Shown here: positions 12,505 to 25,392 of the stretch, one piece after another
Position numbering within the stretch: the first letter of the stretch is position 1
Layout of the letters: every line of letters starts with the position of its first letter
Source of the DNA: Vicugna vicugna
Taxonomy: Eukaryota
NCBI GenBank assembly: GCA_013265495.1
Contig: MU057615.1
Location: 336,704-383,013, forward strand
Direction: 5' to 3'
Length of the DNA: 46,310 nt
Notes under the pieces: model-generated
Told to the model about the DNA's origin: nothing
What the model saw: the letters and a program-made list of their open reading frames with translations, nothing else
Database searches by the model: none
Translations under genes and position numbers: made by a program

Positions 12505-13700
12505 ATAGATGAGGCCTGCTGTGTTCTGTGCCACAGGAGTGTAGTCAGGGGTATTAGAACAGGGTGTTGGTTACTGTCGGAATAGAGCTGTGACTAGGTA
12601 GTCGATGTGGTGGGAGTAAAGATTCTGGTTTCCTTTGGGATGCGGTAGTCGCTGGGGGCGGAGGACCCAGAGGCTTTTGGGACGTGCTGTAGTCTGTTTC
12701 CTGATTAGACTGCTAGGAATATGGGTATACTAAATTTTGTAAATCCATCAAGCTGAATGTTTCGACACGTGTTCTTTTCTTGATATATAGTTTACTTCAG
12801 TAGAAAGTTATATTATTTTGTGACACTAGTCTTTAATATATAGTATCAGAGAAGCAGTCTGTCAGACTTCTGAGAAACTGATGTTAATTTTTTCATTAAA
12901 ATTATAACATTGGAATAGAGTGTTTTATTCCAATGTTACTTCTGCTATCATGTGATAGAACAATACAACTGATTAGAGTTTATTCCAGAAATGTGAGGAT
13001 GGTGCAACATTAAAACGTCTTTGAACATAATCCTTTAAATGAACATATTAAATTTTAAAAATATGATTCAGTAGCATATTTCAATAAAAACACTAACAAT
13101 GTATTAAAGGGAGATACTAGATTGTAGACACAAGGCAAGTAGCAGGGCTGTTATCATTGCTTCAGTGAATTCTGTAAAGGAAATAAAAATCATGAATGTT
13201 AAAAAAGTCAAACGCTCATTTTCAGATGACATGATCATACATCTCAAAATAATGCATGCAACTGAAATTATTAAAATTAATGAGTTTTGAATAGGCTTAC
13301 CACAAAATAAATATATAAGTTTAACAGCTTTTATTTGCATTAATAGGTAAAAATATAAATGAACAGCACCTCTTTATGTTAGACAAAAATAGTTAAAGGA
13401 AAAGCAAATTTATACATGCTAGGAACATTTTTATGATCAAAGACAATACATACATGATAAAATCGTTAAAATTCTATTGAAGAGCTTAAAACAAATCTTT
13501 AAAGAGAGACAAATGTTCCTGTAAGGAAGGGTTTGATACTGCAAAGATGTCAGTCCTTCTATAGTTAAATTGGTGATGAAAATATTTGAGTCAGAAATAT
13601 TTCCTGTGCAATTATTTGTGTTAATTGCTGCTATAACTGGCAAATAGATCTTAATTTTAACAATGAGCCAGAGGCAGATCACTGGGAAGACGCTAAACTT
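12505..13700 (+). mobile_element. Ancient L1ME-like fragments (3' end to ~12810; ORF2 remnants ~12950-13700); related remnants at ~11390-11800
   Basis: Degenerate A-rich L1 motifs: tttattccagaaatgtgaggatggtgcaacatt, cattttcagatgacatgatcatacatct, gcaaagatgtcagtccttct. Confidence 0.6.
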
Positions 13701-14295
13701 CACAGCAAAGGCTCCTTCAAAGCCCGTGGGAGAGGGTCTGAGAAAATGTGCCAACGTGAGATGTTTAAAGGAGGATATGTGGCCATGCCTGCCCCTTTCC
13801 ACTTTGCCTCCTGAGCACTTTGGAGGGAGCAATGAGCATGGTGGTGGCAACATTTAGGTTGCAGTCAGGTAAGCTGACAGGGCTCAGAGGTGTCTGCACT
13901 GCATACCTGTGCTCTCACATGTGTGCAGCCTTGAGACATGTTGCTGAATCCATGTACCACGCCTGGCTTCTCTCTGGGGTTGCAGGGGCAGCTTTGCGCC
14001 TTAGTTGCTCTCTGCAGGGGAATGGGGTGAAAGGTCAGAGTAATAGCTTACAGTCCCGCTGCTGCTCATGAAAAACTTCCCTCTCTTGCCCCTCCTCTCA
14101 GGGAGTGCACTCACTTTTGACAGGATCGCCAAATCCACGGACTTTTTCTCTCCCCGTAAGGAGGACTTGAGATTTATCGCATCTTTATCCACATCACACA
14201 GTGCAGCTGGCTCTCTGTATGTGAGAAGTGGGGCCGCTTGTCCCCCAAACAGCTGTGGGTGTTACCAACGCTGTATTTTCATGGGACTCCAGAGT

Positions 14296-14880
14296 TTAAA
14301 AAAAATAATGACTTTATTAAGATATATTTCCATCCCATAAAATTCACCCATTTAAAGCACACATTTCAGCAGCGTTTAGTATACTCAGAATTGCACAACC
14401 ATCATCGCTTCCTAATTTTGTAACATTTTCAACACCCCAAAATGAAACCTGGTACCCATTAAGCAGTCAATGTCTATTACCACTACCCCCACACCAGTCT
14501 TAGGCAACCACTATTCTATATCCTGATTCTCCGGGTTTGCCTGTTTGTGACATTCTGTATAAATGAAATCTTACAATAAATGGTTTTGCTTGCCCTTTCA
14601 TTGATTGGTGCATATTGAGTTGTTTCCACTTTTTGGCTATTATGACTATGGGCGCTATGAATATTAGTATGCAAGTTTGGGTGCAAAAATCTGCTTTCTT
14701 TTCTCCTGGTCACTTAGGAGTGGCATGTATGTTTAACATTTTGGGGAACTGCCAAACTGCATTCCAAAAATGGCTTCACCATTTTACACTGCCATCAACA
14801 GTGCATGAGGGATTTCTCCATAGCCTCTCAAACTCATTATTTTTCCTTTTTTTAAAGTTTATCCATCCTAGTGGGTGTGA
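14296..14880 (-). mobile_element. LINE-1 3' end (L1MB-like), internally deleted
   Basis: ctttattaagatatattt...aaaattcacccatttaaag...gaattgcacaaccatca, and ggaactgccaaactg...ccatcctagtgggtgtga. Confidence 0.85.
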
Positions 14881-15534
14881 TAAGTGCAGAGTAGGTGAGT
14901 GTCCTACCAGACTGCTCCAAGCAAGGATGATCAGAGAACATTTTTTCCTTCACTTGGTGGGTGAGGTGTCAAGTTCACTTAGCCACATTAACCCCTTCCA
15001 GCCTCAACTAAGCCATTTGGTGGGATCAAGAGTCAATAACACTCTTAGAATTACTAAAAAGAATAAGATGTAATCACATGTAGGCCTGTGTTTTCATCTT
15101 CTTTTTAATGCTATGAAACCGTGAAAAGCAACACAAAAATAAACATAAGCCAAATGTGTCTGATTGACCATTACCTTTCAAGCAATCTGGCTGCAATACC
15201 CCAACGGAAACACAATCTGAAACCTTTTACCTCATGCCAGCTTATGCCCTACAGTGCATCATCCATCCCATGGTCATATTTTGCTTGTTAAAAAATTGAG
15301 TTATCAAAATTTAAAAGCTATAGAGATTTTATTTAAAACTTTGATATTTCTTCCTCTTTGGGAGAGGCTAAAACATTTGGTGACTGGGAAGATTCTTCTG
15401 GGGTGTGGGCCCAAGGATTGGCCAGGACTGTGTGCTGTCACCCTTGACCCCACTCATTCCAGTTTAACCCATGGTATCTCTCATGACCCTCTCTGCTCCT
15501 GAAGGCACTGAATTTGCAAAATACCTTCTAGATG

Positions 15535-15761
15535 GTAGCTTTCAAGCTTTTCACGTCAAGTATCCTTGGGAAAAGACATTTTCCAGAATCAGGACACCTA
15601 CACATATATGCACGTACTCAAAACAGCACAAAATAATATTTACTGGGACTCAGTATGATGACTTCTGATATGTTCTTTTTTATTTTACTGTATTTTATTT
15701 TGAAATCCTGGATATGATCCATTAAATTGACTCCAGAGACCCAGTGCTTCAAAAACATTGT
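15535..15761. mobile_element. Old hAT-Charlie-type MITE remnant
   Basis: Ends ...ccattaaattgact...gacccagtgcttcaaaaacattg, resembling Charlie-family terminal sequence; diverged. Confidence 0.4.
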
Positions 15762-16473
15762 TCTAGACCCACCCTGTCATATTTAAAAAGATAAGGTCCC
15801 AAGACTGAGTGACTTGTGTGCTAATTAGAACCAGGTAAACAATGTATTGACACTAAAAACAACTTACAGGCTCCAATTCAAGGGTCTTTAATTAATAATA
15901 AGAACATTGAATGCTGGACTGCATGGAGTTGAGAAATCTGTGAATAAAGAATTTTAACGATGAAGCTGGCACGATTTCTATACAGTGGACAAAGAGTTCT
16001 GTGACCTGGCAGTCGAGCCTACACTATACAGTAGACCTTACAGTAGCCACTAGTTCCTGCAATGTCCGGTAACCCTTACAATATCCAGTAAACTCTACAG
16101 TATCTCTTAAAGTACGCATCCTCTTACTGTGACAGTGATAAATTTGTCCTTGATGTCTGAAGCTGCACAAAGCTCTAGGGCATTTGTGTGACATTTGCCT
16201 TGGGAGAGTAACATATCTCATAGCGTCTGGAAAATTGTTATGCTTGGGCACAGGAACAACAGCAGACAAAAAATTGATCATAATTACCAAAGCACAATTT
16301 ATTTTTTCTCACACAGAGACAATTTATTTTCTCTTGCATAGAGATCAAACTGCATCATATTGCATCTTTTAAATCAATGCCATCCTCTTTTTCCTCTAAA
16401 CATTTCTCGAAGTAGGTCAAATGCAATGGACAAGGAAGCTACCACTGAACTCTAATCATTATTAGATTAGTTA

Positions 16474-19400
16474 TTTTTAGGATGTGTTTCAGCTTATATG
16501 ACTATCAGTTTAAAGCAAACAGATATATTAATGGGATAATATACTTAAAAAACAGGGTAACCACAAGTCAAAAGCATACAGTAGAGTCATAAAAACCAAA
16601 AAGAAACTAAGACAATACAACTGAAAATTATCAGCCCAGAAAAAGAAAAAGAAACTAACAAAGAAGAAATACCAACTTAACTGGAAAACTAAGTTCAAAA
16701 TGGAAATAAACACACATCTATCAATAATTACCATAAATGTCAATGGACTAAAAGCTCCAATCAAAAGACATAGAGTAGTAGACTGGATGATAAAACAAGA
16801 ATCTACAATATGCTGCGTACAAGAGACTCACTTTAGGGAGAAGGACACATAGATTGAAAGTGAGAGAATGGAAAAAGACATTTCATGCAAATGGAAATGA
16901 CAAGAAAGCAGGAGTAGCAATGCTAATTTCAGACAAAATAGAGTTTAAGACAAAGGCCATAAAGAAAGATAAAGAAGGACACTATATAATGTTAAAGGAG
17001 CAATACAAGATGAGAATATTACATTCATTAACATATATGCAGCCCATATAGGAGCACCTAAATATATAGAGCAAATACTAGCAGATATAAAGGGAGAAAT
17101 TGAGAGGAACACAATTATGGTAGGAGACTTTAATACCCCATTAACATCATTGGACAGATCTTCCAGACAGAAAATTAATAATGCAGTCGAGAAAATAAAT
17201 GACACAATAGAACAATTGGACTTGGTTGATATTTTCAGAACATTACATCCTCGCAAAATTGGATATATACTCTTTTCAAGTGCACATGGAACATTCTGTA
17301 GGATAGGTCATGTACTCAGGCACAAAAGAAAACTCAACAAATTTAAAAGGATTGAAATTATTTCAAGCATCTTTTCTGACTACAATGCCATGAAGCTAGA
17401 AATCAACTACAGAAAGACAAAGGAGAAAAAATTAAACAAAAGCCAATGGCTCAATGATGAAATCAAAGAAGAAATTAAAAAATACTTTGAGACAAATGAC
17501 AATGAAAATACAACCACAAAAAATCTATGTGATGCAGCAAAAGCACTCCTAAGAGAGAAGTTCATAGTGATACAAGCCTGCCTCAAAAAAGAAAAATAAT
17601 CTCAAATAAACAACTCAACCTACCATCTAAAATAATTAGAAAAAGAAGAGCAAACAAACCCAAAAGTCAGCAGGATGAAGGAAATAATAAAGATCAGGGA
17701 AGAAATAAATAAGATAGAGATTAAAAAAATAGAAAAAAATCAATCAAACAAAAAGCTGATTTTTGAAAGAGTAAACAAAATTGACAAACCTCTGGCCAGG
17801 CTCGCCAAGAAGAAAAGGGACAGAACAAAAATAAAATAAGAAAGGAAAACGGAGAAATTACAAATAATACCACAGAAATACAAAATATCATATGAGAATA
17901 CTACGAACAATTATATAGGAACAAACTGAATAACCTCGAAGAAATGGACAAGTTTCTGGAAACATATGGTCCACCAAGACTGAATCAAAAGAAACAGACC
18001 ACTTGAACAGACTGATGACTAGAAATTAAATAGAATAAGCAATAAAAAATGTACTTCCAAAAAAAAAAAAAATCCTAGACCAGATGGCTTCACTGCGGAA
18101 TTCCACCAAACATAGAAAGAACTCACATGGGTCCTTCTCAACCTCTTCCAGAAGACTGAAAATGAGGGACTACTCCAAAACTCATTCTATGAAGCCACCA
18201 TCACCCTGATACCAAAACCAGACAAAGAGACTACCAAAAATGAAACTTACAGAGCAATATCACTGATGAACATAGAAGAAAAATCCTCAACAAAATATTT
18301 GCAAACAGAATCCAACAACACATAAAAAAGATCACATACCATGATCAATTTGGATTCATCCCAGGGAAACAAGGATGGTTCAACTTATGCAAATCAATCA
18401 ACATGATACACTACATCCACCAGAGAAAGGACAACAATTACATGATCATCTCAATAGATCCAGAAAAAAACATTTGATAAAATTAAACACTGATTAAAAA
18501 AAACTTAACCAAAGTTGGTATAGAGGGAACATATCTCAACATAATAAAAGGTATTTATGAGAAATCCACAGCCAGCATAATACTCAACGGTGAAAATTTG
18601 AAAGCCTTCCCACTAAAATCTGGAAGAAGACAAGGATGCCCACTCTCACCATTTTTATTTAACATAGTCTATGAAGTCCTAGCCACAGCAATCAGGCAAG
18701 GAAAAGAAACAAAAAGGATCCAAGTTGGAAATGAAGAGGTAAAATTGTCACTATATGCAGTCGACATGATACTATATATAGAAAACCCTAAAAGCTCCAC
18801 ACAAAAACTGCTAGAACTGATATAAGAATTCAGTAGGTAGAAGGATACTAGATTAACAAACAAAAATTAGCGGTATTTCTTTAAACTAACAATCAATCAA
18901 CTGGAAAAGAAAGTAAAGAAACAATCCCTTTTAAAATTGCATCCAAAACAATAAAATACTTAAGAAGAAATCTAAGGAGGTGAAAGACTTATACACAGCG
19001 AACTACAAAACATTGATTAAGGAAATTAAAGAAGACTTAAAGAAATGGAAAGATATCCCATGCTTTTGGACTGGAAGAATCAATACAGTCAAAATGGTAA
19101 TAATGCCCAAGGCAATCTATAGATTTAACGTATCCTTATCAAATTACCCAGGACATTTTTTACTGAACTGGAACAAACAATCTTAAGATTTATATGGAAT
19201 CACAAATGACCCAGAATTACCAAAGCAGTATTGAAGAAAAAAAACAAAGCTTGAAGAATAACCCTCCTAGACTTAAGACAATATTACAGAGCTACAGTAA
19301 TCAAAACAGCATGATATTGGCATAAAAACAAACATATGGATCAGTGGAAAAGAATAGAGAGCCCGTAAATAAATCCACAGACTGATGGTCAATTAATCTT

Positions 19401-20727
19401 CAGCAAAGAAGACAAGAATATACAACAGAGAAAAGACAGTCTCTTCAGCAAGTTAGAATACTCCCTCACTCCATACAGAAAAATAATCTCAAAATGGCCT
19501 AAAGACTTAAATATAAGACAAGACACAATAAATCTAGAAGAAAACAGGGCAAAACATTATCTGACATACATCTTAGCCACATTCTCCTAGGACAGTCTAC
19601 ACAGTAAATGGAAATAAGAGCAAAACTAAACAAGTGGGACCTAATTAAACTCATAAGCTTTTGCACAGCAAAGGAAACCATAAGCAAAACGAAAAGACAA
19701 CCTACAGAACGAGAGGAACTATTTGCAGATGATGTGACTAACAAAGGCTTAATTTCCAGTATATATAAACAGTTCATGTAACTTAATAACAAAAAAACAA
19801 ACAACCCAGTCCAAAAATGGGAAGAAGACCTAAACAAGTATTTCTCTAATAAATACATATGAATGGTCAATAGACATATCAGAAATGTTCAGTGTCACTA
19901 ACTATCAGAGAAATGCAAAACAAAACTACAATGAGGTATCACATTACAGCAGTTAGAAATGCCCATCATTCAAAAGTCCATGAATGATAAACACTGGAGA
20001 GGGTGTGGAGAACACAGGACCCTCATACACTGCTGATGGGAATGTAGTTTGGTGCCACCATTATGGAAAAAACTCAAAAAACTAAAAATAGACTTACCAT
20101 ATAATCCAGCAAGCTCACTTTTGGGTATATATTTGGAAGGAACTCTAATGTGAAAAGATACAAGCACCCCAATGTTTGTAACAGCAATATATACAATAGG
20201 CAAGACATGGAACCAACCTAAATGTCCATTGACGTATGACTGGATGAGGAAGTTGTGGGTATATTTATACAATGGAATACTACTCAGCCATAAAAAAGAA
20301 TAAAATAATGCCATTTGCAGCAACATGGATGAACCCAAAGATCACCATTGTAAGTGAACCAAGCCAGAAAGAGAAAGAAAAATACCATATGATATCACTC
20401 ATATGTAGAATCTAAAAAAAAAAGGAAACCATGAACTCATCTACAAAACAGAAACAGACTCACAGACTTAGTAAACAATCATATGGTTACTGGGGAAAGA
20501 TGGCTGGAAGGGATAAATTTGGGAGTTTGGTATATACAAATGTTGGCCACTATATATAAAAGTAGATTTTTTAAAGTTTATTTTGTATGGCACAAGGAAC
20601 TATGTTTAATATCTTGTAGTCACCTTTGAAGGAAAAAATATGAAAACAAATGTATATGTATGACTGGGACATTGTGCTGTACCCCAGAGACTGACATGTT
20701 GTAACTGACTGTACATCAATTAAAAAA
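16474..20727 (+). mobile_element. 4.25-kb 5'-truncated LINE-1: inter-ORF spacer, disabled ORF2 (endonuclease, RT, Cys-rich region), 3' UTR
   Basis: ORF2 ATG at 16700. ORF fragments VGDFNTPLTSLDRSSRQKIN (EN), [16 protein letters not shown]...[10 protein letters not shown] (RT, degenerate YADD) and WKDIPCFWTGRIN. Many stops and frameshifts. The 3' UTR ends ...actgactgtacatcaattaaaaaa. Confidence 0.97.
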
Positions 20728-20824
20728 TGGAAAATGTATGTAAAAGTCCAATTAAACTTATTAGTGCTCAAAAATAGGAATTATCATTTATTAATGTGAT
20801 TATTTTTATCAGAATTATAGCATA

Positions 20825-23435
20825 GGGAGATCAACTTTGGAATGGTGGTGTAAGGACCTCAGTGAACATTCTCCCACAAAATCAGTGAAAATGCTGTCAA
20901 AACAACTAAAATAAATTATTTCAGAACACTATAAATTAAGCAAGGTAAAAAAAAAAACAGCTGAATATTATCTATTGAAGGGAAACTTCTGAACATCAGA
21001 AAGACAATGAAGCCTGTGCATATCAACTTGGTTACCTCCGTCACCCTGCCTCCCCAGCTTGGCGCCATGGTATCTGTGACAGACCCGCAGGATCACAATG
21101 AACATGGAGCAAGGGCCTCTTTCAGGGCTCTGTTAAGAACTTTATATGCAGAGTATACTAAAAATTCTGCCAAACTTGGAACATCTCCATTCCCAAGGTT
21201 TTGTGGCTGTTTGGTTTGACTCAGAGCTTGGCTCAGAAAAACAACAACAGCAACACAGTAGCCTCAGGAATCACATGAAAAACAGAAATCTTCTGGACGT
21301 ATCAGGTCTGCCTCGGGCTGGTGCAAACAAGAGTCCAGCTCTGCACCCCCTTCAGACTTGAAAGGAAGACCTGGAGAACTGGATGGTCACAAGAACTTTG
21401 AAAAACATCAGTGAACCCTGAGGACCTAGAAGAACACTGTACACATGTGCAGAACTGTGTGCATGCCCAGGAAAGACTTGGGGAAGGAGAGGGCCCCAGT
21501 CACTCACCTCTCTCCCAGAATAAATTTCCAACAAGCAGGAAATTAAAGAGAGGACTTTGTCATAAACTGTTGCAAAGTTGAAGTCATCAGATCCCAACAA
21601 AACCATAAATAAACCCTGGCGTGCAAAGAGAGTTCTGATAACAGAGTTGTCACCGTATATTCTAACATACACAGGAATAAAATTTGTTGAGAGAAATCAT
21701 CCTTGAAGAATCCCAGATGTTGGATGTCCTGGACAAAGACGTTAACCCACCAATTTTAAATACATTCAGAGAAATAAAGTAAATCATTTCCAAAGAATTA
21801 AAGGAAACTGAAAACTAGGTCTCACCAAATAGAAAACAGCAGTGAAAGACCAAATTTACTAAAAAAAAAAAAAATTGGAGTTGAAAGGACAAACACTAAA
21901 ATTTTTAAAAATTGCTAGCCAACTACAAAAATAGATTTGAGTAGACAGAACAAAGTATCAGCAAACTTAGGGCAATAGCTATCACCCAATAAGAAAAACA
22001 AAATGAAAATGGAGAAAAGTGTATCAAAACTGGTAAAACTATGGCTCCTTATGATGATCACCAACAAACAATTAGTGGGAGTCCTAGAGGAGAAAAGTAG
22101 AGAAAAACGCCCAAAACTACTTAAAGAAATAATGGCAAAAATGTTGACCACAAAACTCGCACAGAACACTAATCTATGCATCAGATAATCTCCACAAACT
22201 CCAGTGAACCCAAAGAGAACCACATCTGTCACATCATAGTCAGACTGACACAAGCAGAGAAATGCTTGAAAAAGGCAAGAGAGAAACAACGTATCATTTT
22301 AAGTACAATTAAGAGCAGACTTCTCGTTAGAAACCACATCGTCCAAAAGACAATTAGGTAACATCTTCAAAGTCCTCAACGTAAAAGACTGCCCCAATCG
22401 TTCTATAACTAGAAAAACTCTCCTTGAAAAATGAAGGTTGGAAGAATCAAAAGACAAGCCGCAGAATGGCATAAAATATTTGTGAAAGGATTTGTATCTA
22501 AACATACAAATGATTCTTGAAACTCAAAAATAGGAAAACAAACAACCTAACTAAAAATGAGGAAGCGATCTGAACAGACCTTAGCAAACAATACACACAT
22601 ATGACCAATAAATCCATGGAAAGATTCTCAGTAATGTCAGCCATTTGAAAGAAATGCAAATTAAAACAACAAGAAGACACCATCTGACACCCACGATGAT
22701 TGCTATACTTAAAGTCAGACACAAGCAGGCACTGGGAAAGATGTGGAGAGGTTGGAACCCTTCTTCTTGGCTGGTGTAGACTTTCAGGTGTAGTCTCTTT
22801 AGAAAACAGTCTGGCAGTTTCTCAATGTATTAAATACAGATCATTACCCATGACCAACAGTTTCACTCCTAGCTATATGCCAGAGAAAACTGAAAGCACG
22901 TTGACACAAAATCTTGTACGCAAACATTCATAACAGCATTATTCATGGTAGTGTTAAAGTGGACTCAGACAAAATGTCTATAAAATAACAAACAGATAAA
23001 TAAAATATGGCATATGCATACAAAAAATATTACTGAGCAATAAGTAGGAGTTAAGTACTGACATGTGATACAATATGAGTGAACCTCCTCGAACACATTA
23101 TGGTAAGTTAAGAAAGACTTATTTATAAAAGAGACTGTGTTGTATGTCTCCATTTATAGGAAATGCCCAGCATAGGCAAACCTGAAGACAGACAATGTAT
23201 CAGTGCTGGCTTCAGGTGGGGGGAGATGCATGCTACATGGGAGGAGGAGGAGGAATGGTGAATGAGTGCTAATAGATCTGGGGTTACACTTGGGTGATAA
23301 AAATAGCCTAAAATTAGATTATGATGGCAGCTGCACCACTCTGAGAATATACTGAAAACCACTGAACTTAGATGTAGATGCGTGAGTTTTGCATCTCAAT
23401 AAAGCTGTTTTACAAAACAAATGTTTAAAGAAAAA
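20825..23435 (+). mobile_element. Old LINE-1 (L1MB-like 3' end) retaining 5' UTR, ORF1 remnant and 3' end but lacking most of ORF2
   Basis: ORF1-like sequence at ~21700-22436 joins ORF2-terminal aaaagacaagccgcagaatgg. The 3' end is ...ctgaaaaccactgaactt...tctcaataaagctg. TSD AATTATAGCA[T/C]A at 20813-20824 and 23436-23447. Confidence 0.82.
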
Positions 23436-24420
23436 AATTATAGCACAAAGTATATTTTCTAATTTGATTGTCTAATAGGGAGATAAAGCCATTGAGATAG
23501 TAGTAATGGCTAAGTAAAATGTTTGGTTACTTCCGGCTAAATTTAAGTGCTTTGATATCAAAATTGGCAAGTCAGGGGAGAGCAAGTGTCCCGGCAATGT
23601 TGATGGTAATTTCACAGAGCCATCCGTAATTAGAAAGCAGGAGGCCTGTTTGTTCTATCTTAGTCTTTGAATGAAAGGAGCCAAGCTGACAATTATGGGC
23701 AGAAAGGAAAATTACGGAGAAGGCAGAATTTTTTGCAAAGTGATCTAAATGTTTAATTAGTAATTTTCGACCGCTTTACTAACATATTTATCTCAATGCA
23801 GTGCTTTTGTATTCAGGCTAACTCATCAAGATCATGCCTGTGTCTCCTTCCAGAATCATGCCATCAGCATCTGTATGACTTAGTGAAGGGCTAATAATGC
23901 CAATGCTGACACGTGTGGGGTGACAACAGGAGACAGACCTGCTCTTGGGTAGCACATACCCAGTGGGCAGATCTCAATGCAGAGCCTGGAGACAGGGCAG
24001 TACCACAGAAAGCGAATGTGCCAGATCAGCCCTCTGATCAGATCAGAGAGCTCCAGCCCAGCGTTAAGGTGTGGTCCCAAGTGCTGTTCAGAAGAAAGGA
24101 TCTAGAAATGAAAAACAGGCACTGGGCCAGTCTCTGACTTGGGCTCAGGAAGCCCACAGACCTTTGGTAATGGTGCCAGCAGGAGATGGGGAAGGCCCCT
24201 GTCCAAGACATACAGCTCTGGGCGCGTCGCCAACACTGAGCCTGGGGCGGCAGAAACATCAAAGCACCTTGCTTTCTGGAGTAACTAACAGGTTGGGAAA
24301 TGGTCTCAGGAAAAGGTCCAAGTTCACTGATCAGAACTAGATGCTAAAATCGGAACATGACTAAGAGTCAGTTGACCTCTCAAATTCTAGAATAGTTGCC
24401 TTGTTAACTTTGTCTTTCCT

Positions 24421-24790
24421 GAATGCATTACGCTAAGTGAATAAATCAGACAGAGAAAGACAAATAATGGATGATATCACTTATATGCAGAATCTAAAAA
24501 AATACAACTATCGAATGTAACAAAAAAGTGCTGACTCACAGATATAGAGAACAAAATCATGGCTACCGGTGGGAAGTGGGGGGCAATATAAGGCAAGGGA
24601 TTAAGAGGTCTAAACTGTTATGCATAAAAGAGACTACGAGGGTACATTGTGCAGCACAGGAAATAGAGCCAATATTTTATAATAACTATCAATGGGGTAT
24701 AACCTTTAAAATTTGCAGTCACTGTATTGTACACCTGTATCTTATGTAATGTTGTACATTAACTATACTTTAATAGTAATAGTAATAAAA
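24421..24790 (+). mobile_element. LINE-1 3' UTR fragment
   Basis: cattacgctaagtgaataaatcagacagagaaagacaaata...gaatctaaaaaaa...aactatactttaat. Confidence 0.9.
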
Positions 24791-25228
24791 CAAATATGTT
24801 AGAAATAGTAAAGACAATTTATAGTAAAATTTTATAATAAAAAAGTAAATTTGTCTTTCTTGAGATCTGTAAATTCTGGGGAAGGGTGAGAGGTCCGGTG
24901 AATGTGGGCCGGGCAGTTAGAGCTCGGGTTTAGGAGCTAGGGGGGCCCGGACCAGTACTTGCAGGTCAGCACGGCCCTCCAGCGTGAAGGGTGTGTGCCG
25001 TGTCCACACCACGATAACAAGGCTCGTGGCTGGGACCATCTTGCTGACTGTCCTTGTGAAAACCTGCAGCAGAAAACCTTCTGGGTTAGGTGGCCTTTGT
25101 GCATTCATTTTTGGAGTTTGTATGCATGAGGAAAGTTTAAAGAATAAATATAGCATAAATGTCAACTCCTATTAAGCGACCAGAATTATAATTTTGATTT
25201 TCATGTTTTATAAACCTGTATCTTCAAG

Positions 25229-25254
25229 TGTTAATATTTGTTCTGCATTTTTAG
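25229..25254 (+). promoter_or_regulatory. Branch point, polypyrimidine tract and 3' splice site of the GABRG3 exon
   Basis: TTAAT branch-like motif at 25231-25235, followed by an AG-free T-rich tract and TAG at 25252-25254. Confidence 0.7.
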
Positions 25255-25392
25255 ATGGCTACCCCAAAGAAGAAATGATTTATAGATGGAGAAAAAATTC
25301 TGTGGAGGCAGCTGATCAGAAGTCCTGGCGGCTTTATCAGTTTGACTTCATGGGCCTCAGAAACACCACAGAAATTGTGAAAACATCTGCAG
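25255..25392 (+). CDS. GABRG3: Internal coding exon of GABA-A receptor subunit gamma-3 (equivalent to human exon 6; extracellular domain, loop B to loop C region)
   Basis: Translates as (Y)[45 protein letters not shown](G), which matches the gamma-3 sequence I recall except for IVK versus human IVT. Canonical splice sites: ttctgcatttttAG|ATGGC and TGCAG|GTagga. Length 138 bp, phase 1-1. The NTT glycosylation sequon is retained. Confidence 0.95.

Noticed and set aside
16700..20330. L1 ORF2 as an active or domesticated reverse transcriptase
   Set aside because: Multiple stops and frameshifts, and the catalytic YADD is mutated to YAVD.
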